27,411 nucleotides of DNA from Acetobacterales bacterium (lineage in GTDB: Bacteria; Pseudomonadota; Alphaproteobacteria; Acetobacterales; Acetobacteraceae), in the NCBI GenBank assembly GCA_038231995.1, contig JBBSIT010000001.1:1-27411 (forward strand), given 5' to 3'. Below, piece by piece: positions 1 to 7,382 of the stretch. Both the position numbers and the translations under genes were made by a program. The notes under the pieces were generated by a model. It was not told the origin of the DNA and ran no database searches. It saw only the letters and a list, made by a program, of their open reading frames with translations. Position 1 is the first letter of the stretch; each line of letters opens with the position of its first letter.

Positions 1-99
1 AAGGAAACGCTCGCGGCTGCGGGCACGCGGCGCGCTCAGGGCCAAGCGGCGCAAATCCGCCTGCGTCTGGCCCCAGCGCTCACGATCAACTCGTAACAT
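1..99 (-). mobile_element. 5' end of a probable IS630-family transposase (HTH) ORF, truncated by the window edge
   Basis: Not in the ORF track. ATG at 99 reads MLRVDRERWGQTQADLRRLALSAPRARSRERFL with no stop to position 1. I recognise this 'MLRVD..RWGQT..DLRRLAL.AP..R.RERFL' N-terminus from alphaproteobacterial IS630-type HTH proteins (recall, not a search). A TA dinucleotide at 170-171 is a candidate left boundary. Confidence 0.6.
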
Positions 100-191
100 C
101 AGTTCTGACGATACCTTCACCAGAAAGCCGCCATATGGGAATGACCGCCGTGCAGCCAAGCACAACAACTATGGGTCTCGAACTGGACGCG

Positions 192-256
192 GTTTCACGC
201 GGCTACTCAACTCGATCGGACCCCAAGCGCGGGTCCGCTCGAGTTGAAGCCGCTTT
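192..256 (-). repeat. Structured ~65-bp palindromic repeat, copy 1 (overlaps the modC stop codon)
   Basis: Minus strand AAAGCGGCTTCAACTCGAGCGGACCCGCGCTTGGGGTCCGATCGAGTTGAGTAGCCGCGTGAAAC. Stems GCGGCT/AGCCGC, TCAACTCGA/TCGAGTTGA and CGGACCC/GGGTCCG. Shares an exact 18-nt end with 17356-17419. Confidence 0.85.
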
Positions 257-1331
257 AATCCAATATCTCCACAGCGACCGACTTGAACAGCGCGAGGGCG
301 GGCACGCCGGGCCGGAGGCCGAGGCGGATGACGGCGTCCGGCGTGACGCGCGCGAGCAGGGCGCCGCCGTCCAGCGCGAGTCCGATCAGGGCGGCGTGGC
401 GGGCCTTGTCCTCGGTGATGGTGGTCACGGTCGCGGGCAGGATATTGTGCAGGCTGACGGCCTCGGGCGCCCGGGTGGCCAGAACGATCTCGCGCGCAGG
501 AACCCGCAGGCGCACAGGCACGCCGAGAGCGGACACGATAAGCGGCACGAGGATGCTGCGCCCCGCCGCCGTCACCTCCGTCAGCCGGCGATCGGGGTGA
601 TGCGCCGCGATGCGGCCGGCAAGGATCGCCGCCGCGTCGTCACGGAACGCGAGCGGCAGGTCGCTCCGCGCCAGGACAGCGTCGAGCGGTCCCGCGGCGC
701 GCACCCGCCCCGCCTCCAGCAGCACCAGCGTGTCGGCCAGGCGCACCACCTCGTCCAGCGCGTGCGTCACATACAGGATCGGCAATCGGAGGGTCGTGCG
801 GAGGCGGCCCAGATACGGCAGGATCTCGGCCCGGCGGGCGGTGTCCAGGCTCGCCAACGGCTCGTCCATGAGCAGCAGCCGCGGCTGGGCCAGCAGGGTG
901 CGGCCGATCGCGACGCGGCTGCGCTCCCCGCCCGACAGGGTCGCCGGACGACGCGCCAGCAACGCCTCGATGCCGAGCAGCCCGACCACGTCGTCGAGCA
1001 GGATGGGCCCTGGCGGCGCCCGGCGCAGGCCGTAGCGCAGGTTGCCCAGCACGGTCATGTGCGGGAACAGCCACGCATCCTGGAACACGAGGCCGACCCG
1101 GCGCCGTTCGGGCGGTGTCCAGACTCCCCCGCCGGTGTCGGCGAGCACGGCACCGGGCAGGGCGATGCGGGCCCAGTCCGGCCGCAACAGGCCGGCCACG
1201 ATCGCGATCACCGTGCTCTTGCCTGCACCGGATGGGCCGAACAGCGCGGTGACTCCCGGCGCCTGCGCGGAGAACGCGACGTCGAGCGTCAGGCCAGGGA
1301 AGGCATGGCGCAGCGCAACATCGAGCGTCAT
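255..1331 (-). CDS. modC: Molybdate ABC transporter ATP-binding protein (358 aa)
   Basis: Starts MTLDVALRH at ATG 1331, overlapping the modB stop. Walker A GPSGAGKST, signature LSGGE, Walker B LLLMDEP, VTH switch, C-terminal TOBE/Mop-like segment (SLHNIL...ALFKSVAV). Confidence 0.93.
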   Translation of the reverse strand: MTLDVALRHAFPGLTLDVAFSAQAPGVTALFGPSGAGKSTVIAIVAGLLRPDWARIALPGAVLADTGGGVWTPPERRRVGLVFQDAWLFPHMTVLGNLRYGLRRAPPGPILLDDVVGLLGIEALLARRPATLSGGERSRVAIGRTLLAQPRLLLMDEPLASLDTARRAEILPYLGRLRTTLRLPILYVTHALDEVVRLADTLVLLEAGRVRAAGPLDAVLARSDLPLAFRDDAAAILAGRIAAHHPDRRLTEVTAAGRSILVPLIVSALGVPVRLRVPAREIVLATRAPEAVSLHNILPATVTTITEDKARHAALIGLALDGGALLARVTPDAVIRLGLRPGVPALALFKSVAVEILD

Positions 1332-2026
1332 CGGCCGATCATGACGTGCAGGCGGCGACCCAGCCAATCCGACGCGAGCAGCCCCAGCAGCGCCAGCGTT
1401 AGCGAGATCAGCGAGAGCCGGGCAGCCGCGGCCTCGCCGCCCGGCGTCTGCAGGGCCGCGTAGATGGCGAGCGGCAGGGTCTGTGTCTCGCCGGGGATAT
1501 TGGCGGCGAAGGTGATGACGGCGCCGAACTCCCCGAGCGAGGCGGCATAGGCCGTGACGGCGCCGACCAGAACGCCGGGCAGGGCGAGAGGAAGCGTGAT
1601 GGTGACGAAGCGGTCGAGCGGCCCGGCGCCGAGCGAGCGGGCGGCCTGCTCGAGGCCGGGATCGACCGCGTCGAGCGAGAGGCGGACCGAGCGCACGATC
1701 AATGGGAACGTCATGACGGCGCAGGCCAAGCTCGCGCCGGCCGTGCTGAACACAAGGCGCACGCCGAACCAGTCCTGCAGCCAGGCGCCGACCGGGCCGC
1801 GCACGCCGAACAGCAGCAGCAGCAGCCAGCCGACCACGACTGGCGGCAGCACGAGCGGCAGGTGGACGATCGCATCGAGCACTCCCCGGCCGGGAAACTG
1901 GCCCCGGGACAGCAGCCAGGCTGCCGCGAGGGCGACGGGCAACCCCATCGCCACGCTGCGACCCGCGACGCCCAGGCTCAGCCCGAGGGCGCTCCACTCG
2001 GCGTCGGAAAGGCCGATGCCTGAAAT
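1328..2026 (-). CDS. modB: Molybdate ABC transporter permease; start uncertain (ATT 2026, GTG 1954, or frameshifted ATG 2075)
   Basis: HLPLVLPPVVVGWLLL, FPLIVRSVRLSLDAVDPGLEQAARSLGA (EAA-loop region), ASLGEFGAVITFAANIPGETQTLPLAIY. The frame stays open upstream of GTG 1954 as ISGIGLSDAEWSALGLSLGVA until TGA at 2035-2033. Confidence 0.9.
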   Translation of the reverse strand: MSGIGLSDAEWSALGLSLGVAGRSVAMGLPVALAAAWLLSRGQFPGRGVLDAIVHLPLVLPPVVVGWLLLLLFGVRGPVGAWLQDWFGVRLVFSTAGASLACAVMTFPLIVRSVRLSLDAVDPGLEQAARSLGAGPLDRFVTITLPLALPGVLVGAVTAYAASLGEFGAVITFAANIPGETQTLPLAIYAALQTPGGEAAAARLSLISLTLALLGLLASDWLGRRLHVMIGR

Positions 2027-2082
2027 GGCCGATCAGCCTTCGTCGTTGTCCGAAGCGGCGAGGGCCGTCCCGCATCCGGCGT

Positions 2083-3510
2083 TCACGAGGCTACCTTGGC
2101 ACGGTGGAGGCTAAGCTCGGAACCGGCGTCCCGGCGGAGCCTGAGGGCGGTCGGAGCGGCGAGGGCCGCCACGGCTGCGACCACGAGGAACGCGGCGGAG
2201 AAGTCCGACGTGGTGGGATCAACGTTGCCGCGTAGGGCGGCCGAGGCGGCCAGGGTGGCGGCGCCGATCGTGATGCCCAAGGTGAGCGAGACCTGCTGGA
2301 GGGTCGCGTAGAGGCTGGTCGCGGCGCTCAGGCGTGCGTGCGGGATATCAGCATAGGCGAGGGTGTTGTAGGCGGTGAATTGCAGCGAGCGCGCGAAGCC
2401 GCCGGCCAGCAGCACGGCGACGATGCCTGCCGTGGACCAGGCTGGGTTGAAGGCCGCGCAGCCGGCCAGCAGCACGGCCGACAGCGCGCCGTTCCAGACC
2501 AGGGTGGTGCGGAAGCCGAACCAACGCAGCACGTTCTGAGTGATGGGCTTCATGGCGATAGCGCCGACCGAGCTGGCGAAAGTCGTGAAGCCGCTCTGCA
2601 CGGGCGACTGCCCGAAGCCGAGCTGCAGCATGAGGGGAAGGAGGAACGGGATCGCGCCGATGCCGACGCGGAACAGCGAGCCGCTGATGACCGAGACTGC
2701 GAAGGTCGGGATGCGCAGGAGCCTGAAGTCGAGCAGAGGGTTATCGGTCCGCGCCGCATGCCGGGCATATGCAGCCGCGGCGAGCAGGCCGACGCCGAGC
2801 AGGCCGGCCGTGACAGGGACCGGGAGCAGGCCGCGTCCCACCGTCTCCAGGCCGAACATCAGGGCGGCCAGCGCGGTGCCGGAGAACAGCAAACCCCGTC
2901 CGTCGAATTGGACAGGGGTGGCCCCGCGCACGTCGGGTATGTAGCGGCTGGCGAGAACGATGCCGACCAGGCCGATGGGTATGTTGATGTTGAAGATCCA
3001 GCGCCAGTTCGCGTAGGTGACGATAAGGCCGCCTAGGGGCGGCCCGACCACGGGGCCGACGAGGGACGGGACCGTGAGCCAGGCCATGGCCGCCAGGAGC
3101 TGGGATTTCGCGACGGACTGCAGCAAGATGAGCCGCCCGACCGGCACCATCATGGCGCCGCCCGCGCCCTGCAGGACGCGGGCCGCGACGAGAAAGGGCA
3201 AGGTCTCCGCCCGGCCGCACAGCACGGAGCCGATAGTGAACACGGCGATGGCGGCGCGGAACACGGTCTTGCTGCCGAACCGGTCCGCCGCCCATCCGCT
3301 GGCCGGGATGAAGATCGCGAGGCTGACCAGGTATGACGTGAGAGCTACGTTCATGTGCAGGGGATCGGCCCCGAACGCACGCGACATGGCGGGCAGCGCG
3401 GTGGCGATGACGGACCCATCCAGGTTCTGCATGAACAGGGCGCAGGCGACGATCAACGCTGTCCGTCGCGCCCGCCGCGGATCATCCGGAAGAGCGGGCG
3501 CGTCGTTCAA
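2083..3510 (-). CDS. MFS transporter, 14-TMS DHA2/EmrB-QacA-like efflux family (475 aa)
   Basis: CALFMQNLDGSVIATALP, GWAADRFGSK motif A, RVLQGAGGAMMVPVGR, GPVVGPPLGG, WRWIFNINIPIG. TTG start overlaps the qor stop. Confidence 0.9.
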   Translation of the reverse strand: MNDAPALPDDPRRARRTALIVACALFMQNLDGSVIATALPAMSRAFGADPLHMNVALTSYLVSLAIFIPASGWAADRFGSKTVFRAAIAVFTIGSVLCGRAETLPFLVAARVLQGAGGAMMVPVGRLILLQSVAKSQLLAAMAWLTVPSLVGPVVGPPLGGLIVTYANWRWIFNINIPIGLVGIVLASRYIPDVRGATPVQFDGRGLLFSGTALAALMFGLETVGRGLLPVPVTAGLLGVGLLAAAAYARHAARTDNPLLDFRLLRIPTFAVSVISGSLFRVGIGAIPFLLPLMLQLGFGQSPVQSGFTTFASSVGAIAMKPITQNVLRWFGFRTTLVWNGALSAVLLAGCAAFNPAWSTAGIVAVLLAGGFARSLQFTAYNTLAYADIPHARLSAATSLYATLQQVSLTLGITIGAATLAASAALRGNVDPTTSDFSAAFLVVAAVAALAAPTALRLRRDAGSELSLHRAKVAS

Positions 3511-4481
3511 GGAATGAGGACGGTGCTGCCGGTCGTCTTGCGGCCCTCGAGCGCGATGTGTGCTGCGGCAGCGTCGCGCAGCGGAAAGACCTGGTTCACC
3601 CGGACCTGCACCGCGCCCGACCGCACGACCTCGAACAGCTCCGATGCGGCGGTCTCAAGATCGGTGCGGCGCGCCGTGTAGGTGGCGAGGCTGGGCCGGG
3701 TCAGGAAGAGGCTGCCTTTGGCGCCGAGCAGCCCGATATCCACGGGGGGGACCGGACCGGACGAGTTGCCGTAGCTGACCATGGTGCCCAGCGGCGCCAG
3801 GCTGTCGAGGCTGACCCCGAACGTGTCCTTGCCGACGCTGTCATAGACCACCGGCACCATGGCGCCGCCCGTGATGCGCTTGACCTCGCCGGGCAGGGAC
3901 TGGTGCCCGACGATCACGTGCGCGGCGCCGTGGGCACGCGCCAGGTCGGCTTTGCTCTCGGTCGAGACGACGCCGATGACCATCGCCCCGAGATGCTTGG
4001 CCCACTGGCACATGATGAGCCCGACTCCGCCGGCCGCCGCGTGCACCACGATCGGGTCGCCGGACTTCAAGGGGTAGGTGCGGCGCAGCAGGTACTGAGC
4101 GGTCATGCCCTGCAGCATCATGGCCGCGGCAGTCCGGTCATCGATGTCTTCGGGCAGCCGGACGAGCCGATCCGCGGCGATCACCCGATCAGTCGCGTAG
4201 GCGCCGATCGGGGCGCTGGCATAGGCGACGCGGTCGCCTACGGCGAGCCCCGTGACGCCGGCGCCGAGAGCGCGGATGACACCCGCGGCCTCCATCCCGA
4301 TCGTAGCTGGCAGGGTTGGGATCTTGTACAGGCCCGTGCGGAAATAGACGTCGATGTAATTGAGGCCGACCGCGGTGTGGTGGACCAGCGCCTCGTCGGG
4401 TCCCGGCTCCGGAGTGGGCACGTCCTCCCACTGCATCATTTCGGGGCCGCCGTGGGCGTGGATACGGATCGCCTTGGTCAT
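3507..4481 (-). CDS. qor: NADPH:quinone oxidoreductase, zeta-crystallin/MDR family (324 aa)
   Basis: MTKAIRIHAHGGPE start, GLNYIDVYFRTGLY, IGMEAAG, nucleotide-binding HAAAGGVG, YDSVGKDTF, GSLFLTRPSL, TTGSTVLIP end. ATG 4481 overlaps the ogt stop (ATGA). Confidence 0.92.
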   Translation of the reverse strand: MTKAIRIHAHGGPEMMQWEDVPTPEPGPDEALVHHTAVGLNYIDVYFRTGLYKIPTLPATIGMEAAGVIRALGAGVTGLAVGDRVAYASAPIGAYATDRVIAADRLVRLPEDIDDRTAAAMMLQGMTAQYLLRRTYPLKSGDPIVVHAAAGGVGLIMCQWAKHLGAMVIGVVSTESKADLARAHGAAHVIVGHQSLPGEVKRITGGAMVPVVYDSVGKDTFGVSLDSLAPLGTMVSYGNSSGPVPPVDIGLLGAKGSLFLTRPSLATYTARRTDLETAASELFEVVRSGAVQVRVNQVFPLRDAAAAHIALEGRKTTGSTVLIP

Positions 4482-4954
4482 CGTGAACCCCCTGGAAAAC
4501 GGCCGCGTGTGGCCACTCCAGCTTCGAGTGACAGGAGAAAACGCTTGGTGTCCAGCCCCTCGCCGCCGGAGAAGCCGCCGATCCCGTTCGCTGCCACGAC
4601 GCGATGGCAAGGGATGATGACCGGGATCGGATTGGACCGGGTGGCGCCGCCGATCGCTCGCGCGCAGCCGCCCGCATCCCTGGCAAGCTCGGCATAGGTC
4701 CGAGTTTGCCCGAACGGGATGCCGCACAGGGCGGTCCATACCTTGAGCTGATACTGAGAACCTCGGGGCTGCAGAGGCAGATCGAACTCGGTCCGTTCGC
4801 CGTCGAGATAGGCATGCAACTGGTCGCGTGCTTCCTGAAGCAGCGGTGTCTGGGTCTGGTCGCGTCCCCAGCCCCAGTCCAGCGCTACGATGGCATCGTC
4901 TTCCTCAGAGATCGTGAGAGCGCCCAACGGCGAGTGCAGGGACAATTGGGGCAA
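4478..4954 (-). CDS. ogt: Methylated-DNA--protein-cysteine methyltransferase (158 aa)
   Basis: TTG 4954 with GAAGG 6 nt upstream gives MPQLSLHSPLGALT. Contains KVWTALCGIPFGQTRTY, ARAIGGA and active-site PCHRV. Confidence 0.9.
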   Translation of the reverse strand: MPQLSLHSPLGALTISEEDDAIVALDWGWGRDQTQTPLLQEARDQLHAYLDGERTEFDLPLQPRGSQYQLKVWTALCGIPFGQTRTYAELARDAGGCARAIGGATRSNPIPVIIPCHRVVAANGIGGFSGGEGLDTKRFLLSLEAGVATRGRFPGGSR

Positions 4955-4981
4955 GCTCAGCCTTCTGGTAAAACCAGCCAG

Positions 4982-5010
4982 ATGGCACTCGCAGCCGGCC
5001 GCCCTGTCAA
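4982..5010 (-). promoter_or_regulatory. Candidate sigma70 promoter for the ogt cluster
   Basis: Minus strand TTGACA (5010-5005), 17-nt spacer, TGCCAT (4987-4982), about 28 nt upstream of the ogt start. The -10 match is weak. Confidence 0.4.
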
Positions 5011-5091
5011 GCGCGTAGTGCGCAGCGTGGTCCCGTCGCGTCCGCCGTGCTACGCGGCACGACAACACCAGGATGTATCGGATCGGACGGG

Positions 5092-5697
5092 ATGATCTCG
5101 TTGGACACCAGTTTCGCGGGCCCGGATGTTTCACGTGAAACACACGCCCGCCTCGACGCCTATGTCGTGCTGCTGCAGAAATGGATGCGCACGATCAATC
5201 TCGTGTCCAGCGGCGACCACGATGCGCTCTGGACGCGGCATGTCCAGGACAGCCTTCGCCTGGTCCCGCTGCTTCCGGCCGGGATCGATCGCGCTATCGA
5301 CCTAGGATCGGGGGGCGGCCTGCCCGGTCTGGTGCTCGCCATAGCCAGCGGCATTCCGTTCGACCTTGTCGAAGCCGACCGCAGGAAAGCCGCTTTCCTC
5401 CAGGAAGCCGCCAGAGTCACCCGCGCGCCAGTGACGGTCCGTTGCCAACGGATCGAGGCCGGCGGGATAACGCCGGCAATGCTCGTTACGGCGCGCGCCC
5501 TGGCGCCATTGCCCCGGCTGCTCGGGTACGCGCATCCCCTGCTGCAGCCCGGCGGGGTCTGCCTATTCCCCAAAGGCGCCGACGCCGAGCAGGAGCTCGC
5601 GGCCTGCACGGGATGGAAGATGCACGTCGAGCGATTTCCCGCTCCGACGAACATGGGCTCTGTCGTGCTCCGAATCACGCAGCTGGCCCATGCCTGA
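5092..5697 (+). CDS. rsmG: 16S rRNA m7G527 methyltransferase (201 aa)
   Basis: KWMRTINLVS, WTRHVQDS, SAM-binding DLGSGGGLPG, LVEADRRKAAFL, VTARALAPL, LFPKG; directly upstream of parA. Confidence 0.93.
   Translation: MISLDTSFAGPDVSRETHARLDAYVVLLQKWMRTINLVSSGDHDALWTRHVQDSLRLVPLLPAGIDRAIDLGSGGGLPGLVLAIASGIPFDLVEADRRKAAFLQEAARVTRAPVTVRCQRIEAGGITPAMLVTARALAPLPRLLGYAHPLLQPGGVCLFPKGADAEQELAACTGWKMHVERFPAPTNMGSVVLRITQLAHA
5127..5142. promoter_or_regulatory. parS centromere site
   Basis: Perfect palindrome TGTTTCACGTGAAACA matching the chromosomal parS consensus, about 550 bp upstream of parA, inside rsmG codons D-V-S-R-E-T. Confidence 0.9.
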
Positions 5698-6511
5698 CCA
5701 TTCGCCGCCGCTGCGCGCGCCCCGGGGCAGCGAGCCGCGCATCCTCGCCGTCGCCAACCAGAAAGGCGGCGTGGGCAAGACCACGACCGCCATCAATCTC
5801 GCGACCGCGTTGGCGGCGTGCGGAGAACGCGTGCTGCTGCTGGATCTCGACCCACAGGGCAACGCCTCGACAGGGCTCGGCCTGTCCAGGTCCACGCGCG
5901 GCGCAGGGATGTACGCCTTGCTGCTGGGTGGCGCCTCCCTGGAGGCTGTTCAACGCCCGACCGGCGTTCCGGGGCTGAGCATGGTGCCGTCCGATTCCGA
6001 CCTGGCCGGCGCAGAGGTCGAGCTGGCCGCGATGGAGCGGCGCGAATACCGTTTGCAGGAGGCGTTGCGCACCGCACCGGCCGGCGCCGGGCCGACCTAT
6101 GTCCTGATCGACTGCCCGCCCAGCCTCGGGCTGCTCACCGTCAACGGCCTCGTGGCGGCGGATGCCGTGCTGGTCCCCCTGCAATGCGAGTTCTTCGCGC
6201 TGGAGGGCCTGAGCCAGCTTGTACGGACGATCGACCGGGTGCGACAGAGCCTGAACCCCACACTCACTTTGCAAGGCATCGTCCTGACCATGTTCGACCG
6301 CCGCAACAACCTGTCGGAGCTGGTGGCCGCCGATGTACGGAGCTTCTTCGGCGATCGCGTCTATGAGACCGTCATCCCTCGCAACGTGCGCATCTCCGAG
6401 GCGCCAAGCCATGGCAAACCCGTGCTGATGTATGATCTCCGCTCGCCAGGCGCCCAAGCCTACGTGCGCCTGGCGGCCGAGGTCCTGCGCCGCGAGCGGG
6501 CCATCACATGA
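5690..6511 (+). CDS. parA: Chromosome partitioning ATPase (273 aa)
   Basis: Deviant Walker A NQKGGVGKTT, DLDPQGNASTGLG, IDCPPSLG, PLQCEFFALEGL, IPRNVRISEAPSHG. Confidence 0.96.
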   Translation: MPDHSPPLRAPRGSEPRILAVANQKGGVGKTTTAINLATALAACGERVLLLDLDPQGNASTGLGLSRSTRGAGMYALLLGGASLEAVQRPTGVPGLSMVPSDSDLAGAEVELAAMERREYRLQEALRTAPAGAGPTYVLIDCPPSLGLLTVNGLVAADAVLVPLQCEFFALEGLSQLVRTIDRVRQSLNPTLTLQGIVLTMFDRRNNLSELVAADVRSFFGDRVYETVIPRNVRISEAPSHGKPVLMYDLRSPGAQAYVRLAAEVLRRERAIT

Positions 6512-7380
6512 GGGCGCCCGAAGCTCCTCCTCGCCTTGGCCGCGGTCTGGCTGCCCTGTTCGGCGATGCCACGCCGTCCGGCGCCGTCGAGGCGATGCGC
6601 CGGACCAACCTGCCCCTGACCGCGCTCGAACCGGGTCCGTTCCAGCCGCGGACCCGCATGGATCAGGAGGCGCTGGACGAGCTCGTGGCGTCCATCCGGC
6701 AGCAAGGCGTGCTGCAGCCTGTCCTTGCGCGGCCGCACCCGCTGACGGAGGGCCAATACCAGATCGTCGCGGGGGAACGGCGGTGGCGGGCGGCGCAGGC
6801 GGCCGGGCTGCACGACATGCCGGTGCTCATTCGGCGCCTCTCCGATACGGAGGCGATGGCCGCGTCGCTGGTCGAGAACCTGCAGCGGCAGGACCTCAAC
6901 GCGATCGAGGAGGCCGAGGGCTACCGCCGGCTCATCCAGGAGTTCGGGCTGACGCAGGACAAGCTCGGCGACGCCATCGGCAAGTCGCGCAGCCATGTGG
7001 CGAACTCCGTCCGCCTGCTGCAGCTCCCCGGCAGCGTGCGCGAGCGCGTGCAGGACGGCACGCTCTCCGCCGGGCATGCGCGCGCCCTGCTGACCCATCC
7101 AGAACCGGAGAGCGCCGCCCGCGCCGTCATCGCCCAGGGCCTCAACGTGCGGCAGACGGAGGCGCTGGCCAGCCGGACGGTGCGCTCCGTCGACCGCACG
7201 CGTCGCGCCGCCGATCGCGGCATCGCCGTCGAGACGGAGGCGGTCGCGCGCGAGCTGTCCGACCAGGTCGGGCTGCGGGTGGAGGTGTCCCATAGCGGAC
7301 GAGGCGGGACGGTCCGCATCCACTATCAGACGTTGGAGCAGCTCGACGGCCTCATTGCCCGCCTCAGCCGCTCGGGTTAG
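6508..7380 (+). CDS. parB: Chromosome partitioning protein (290 aa)
   Basis: RLGRGLAAL ParA-interaction N-terminus, FQPR, GVLQP, AGERRWRAA CTP-binding motif, ENLQRQDLNAIEEA, HTH TQDKLGDAIGKSRSHVANSVRLL. ATGA overlap with parA. Confidence 0.96.
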   Translation: MRAPEAPPRLGRGLAALFGDATPSGAVEAMRRTNLPLTALEPGPFQPRTRMDQEALDELVASIRQQGVLQPVLARPHPLTEGQYQIVAGERRWRAAQAAGLHDMPVLIRRLSDTEAMAASLVENLQRQDLNAIEEAEGYRRLIQEFGLTQDKLGDAIGKSRSHVANSVRLLQLPGSVRERVQDGTLSAGHARALLTHPEPESAARAVIAQGLNVRQTEALASRTVRSVDRTRRAADRGIAVETEAVARELSDQVGLRVEVSHSGRGGTVRIHYQTLEQLDGLIARLSRSG

Positions 7381-7382
7381 TT

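Noticed and set aside
255-2075. 606-aa ORF implying a ModB-ModC-sized fusion
   Set aside because: The first ~250 aa are an off-frame reading of modB; ModC motifs begin at ATG 1331.
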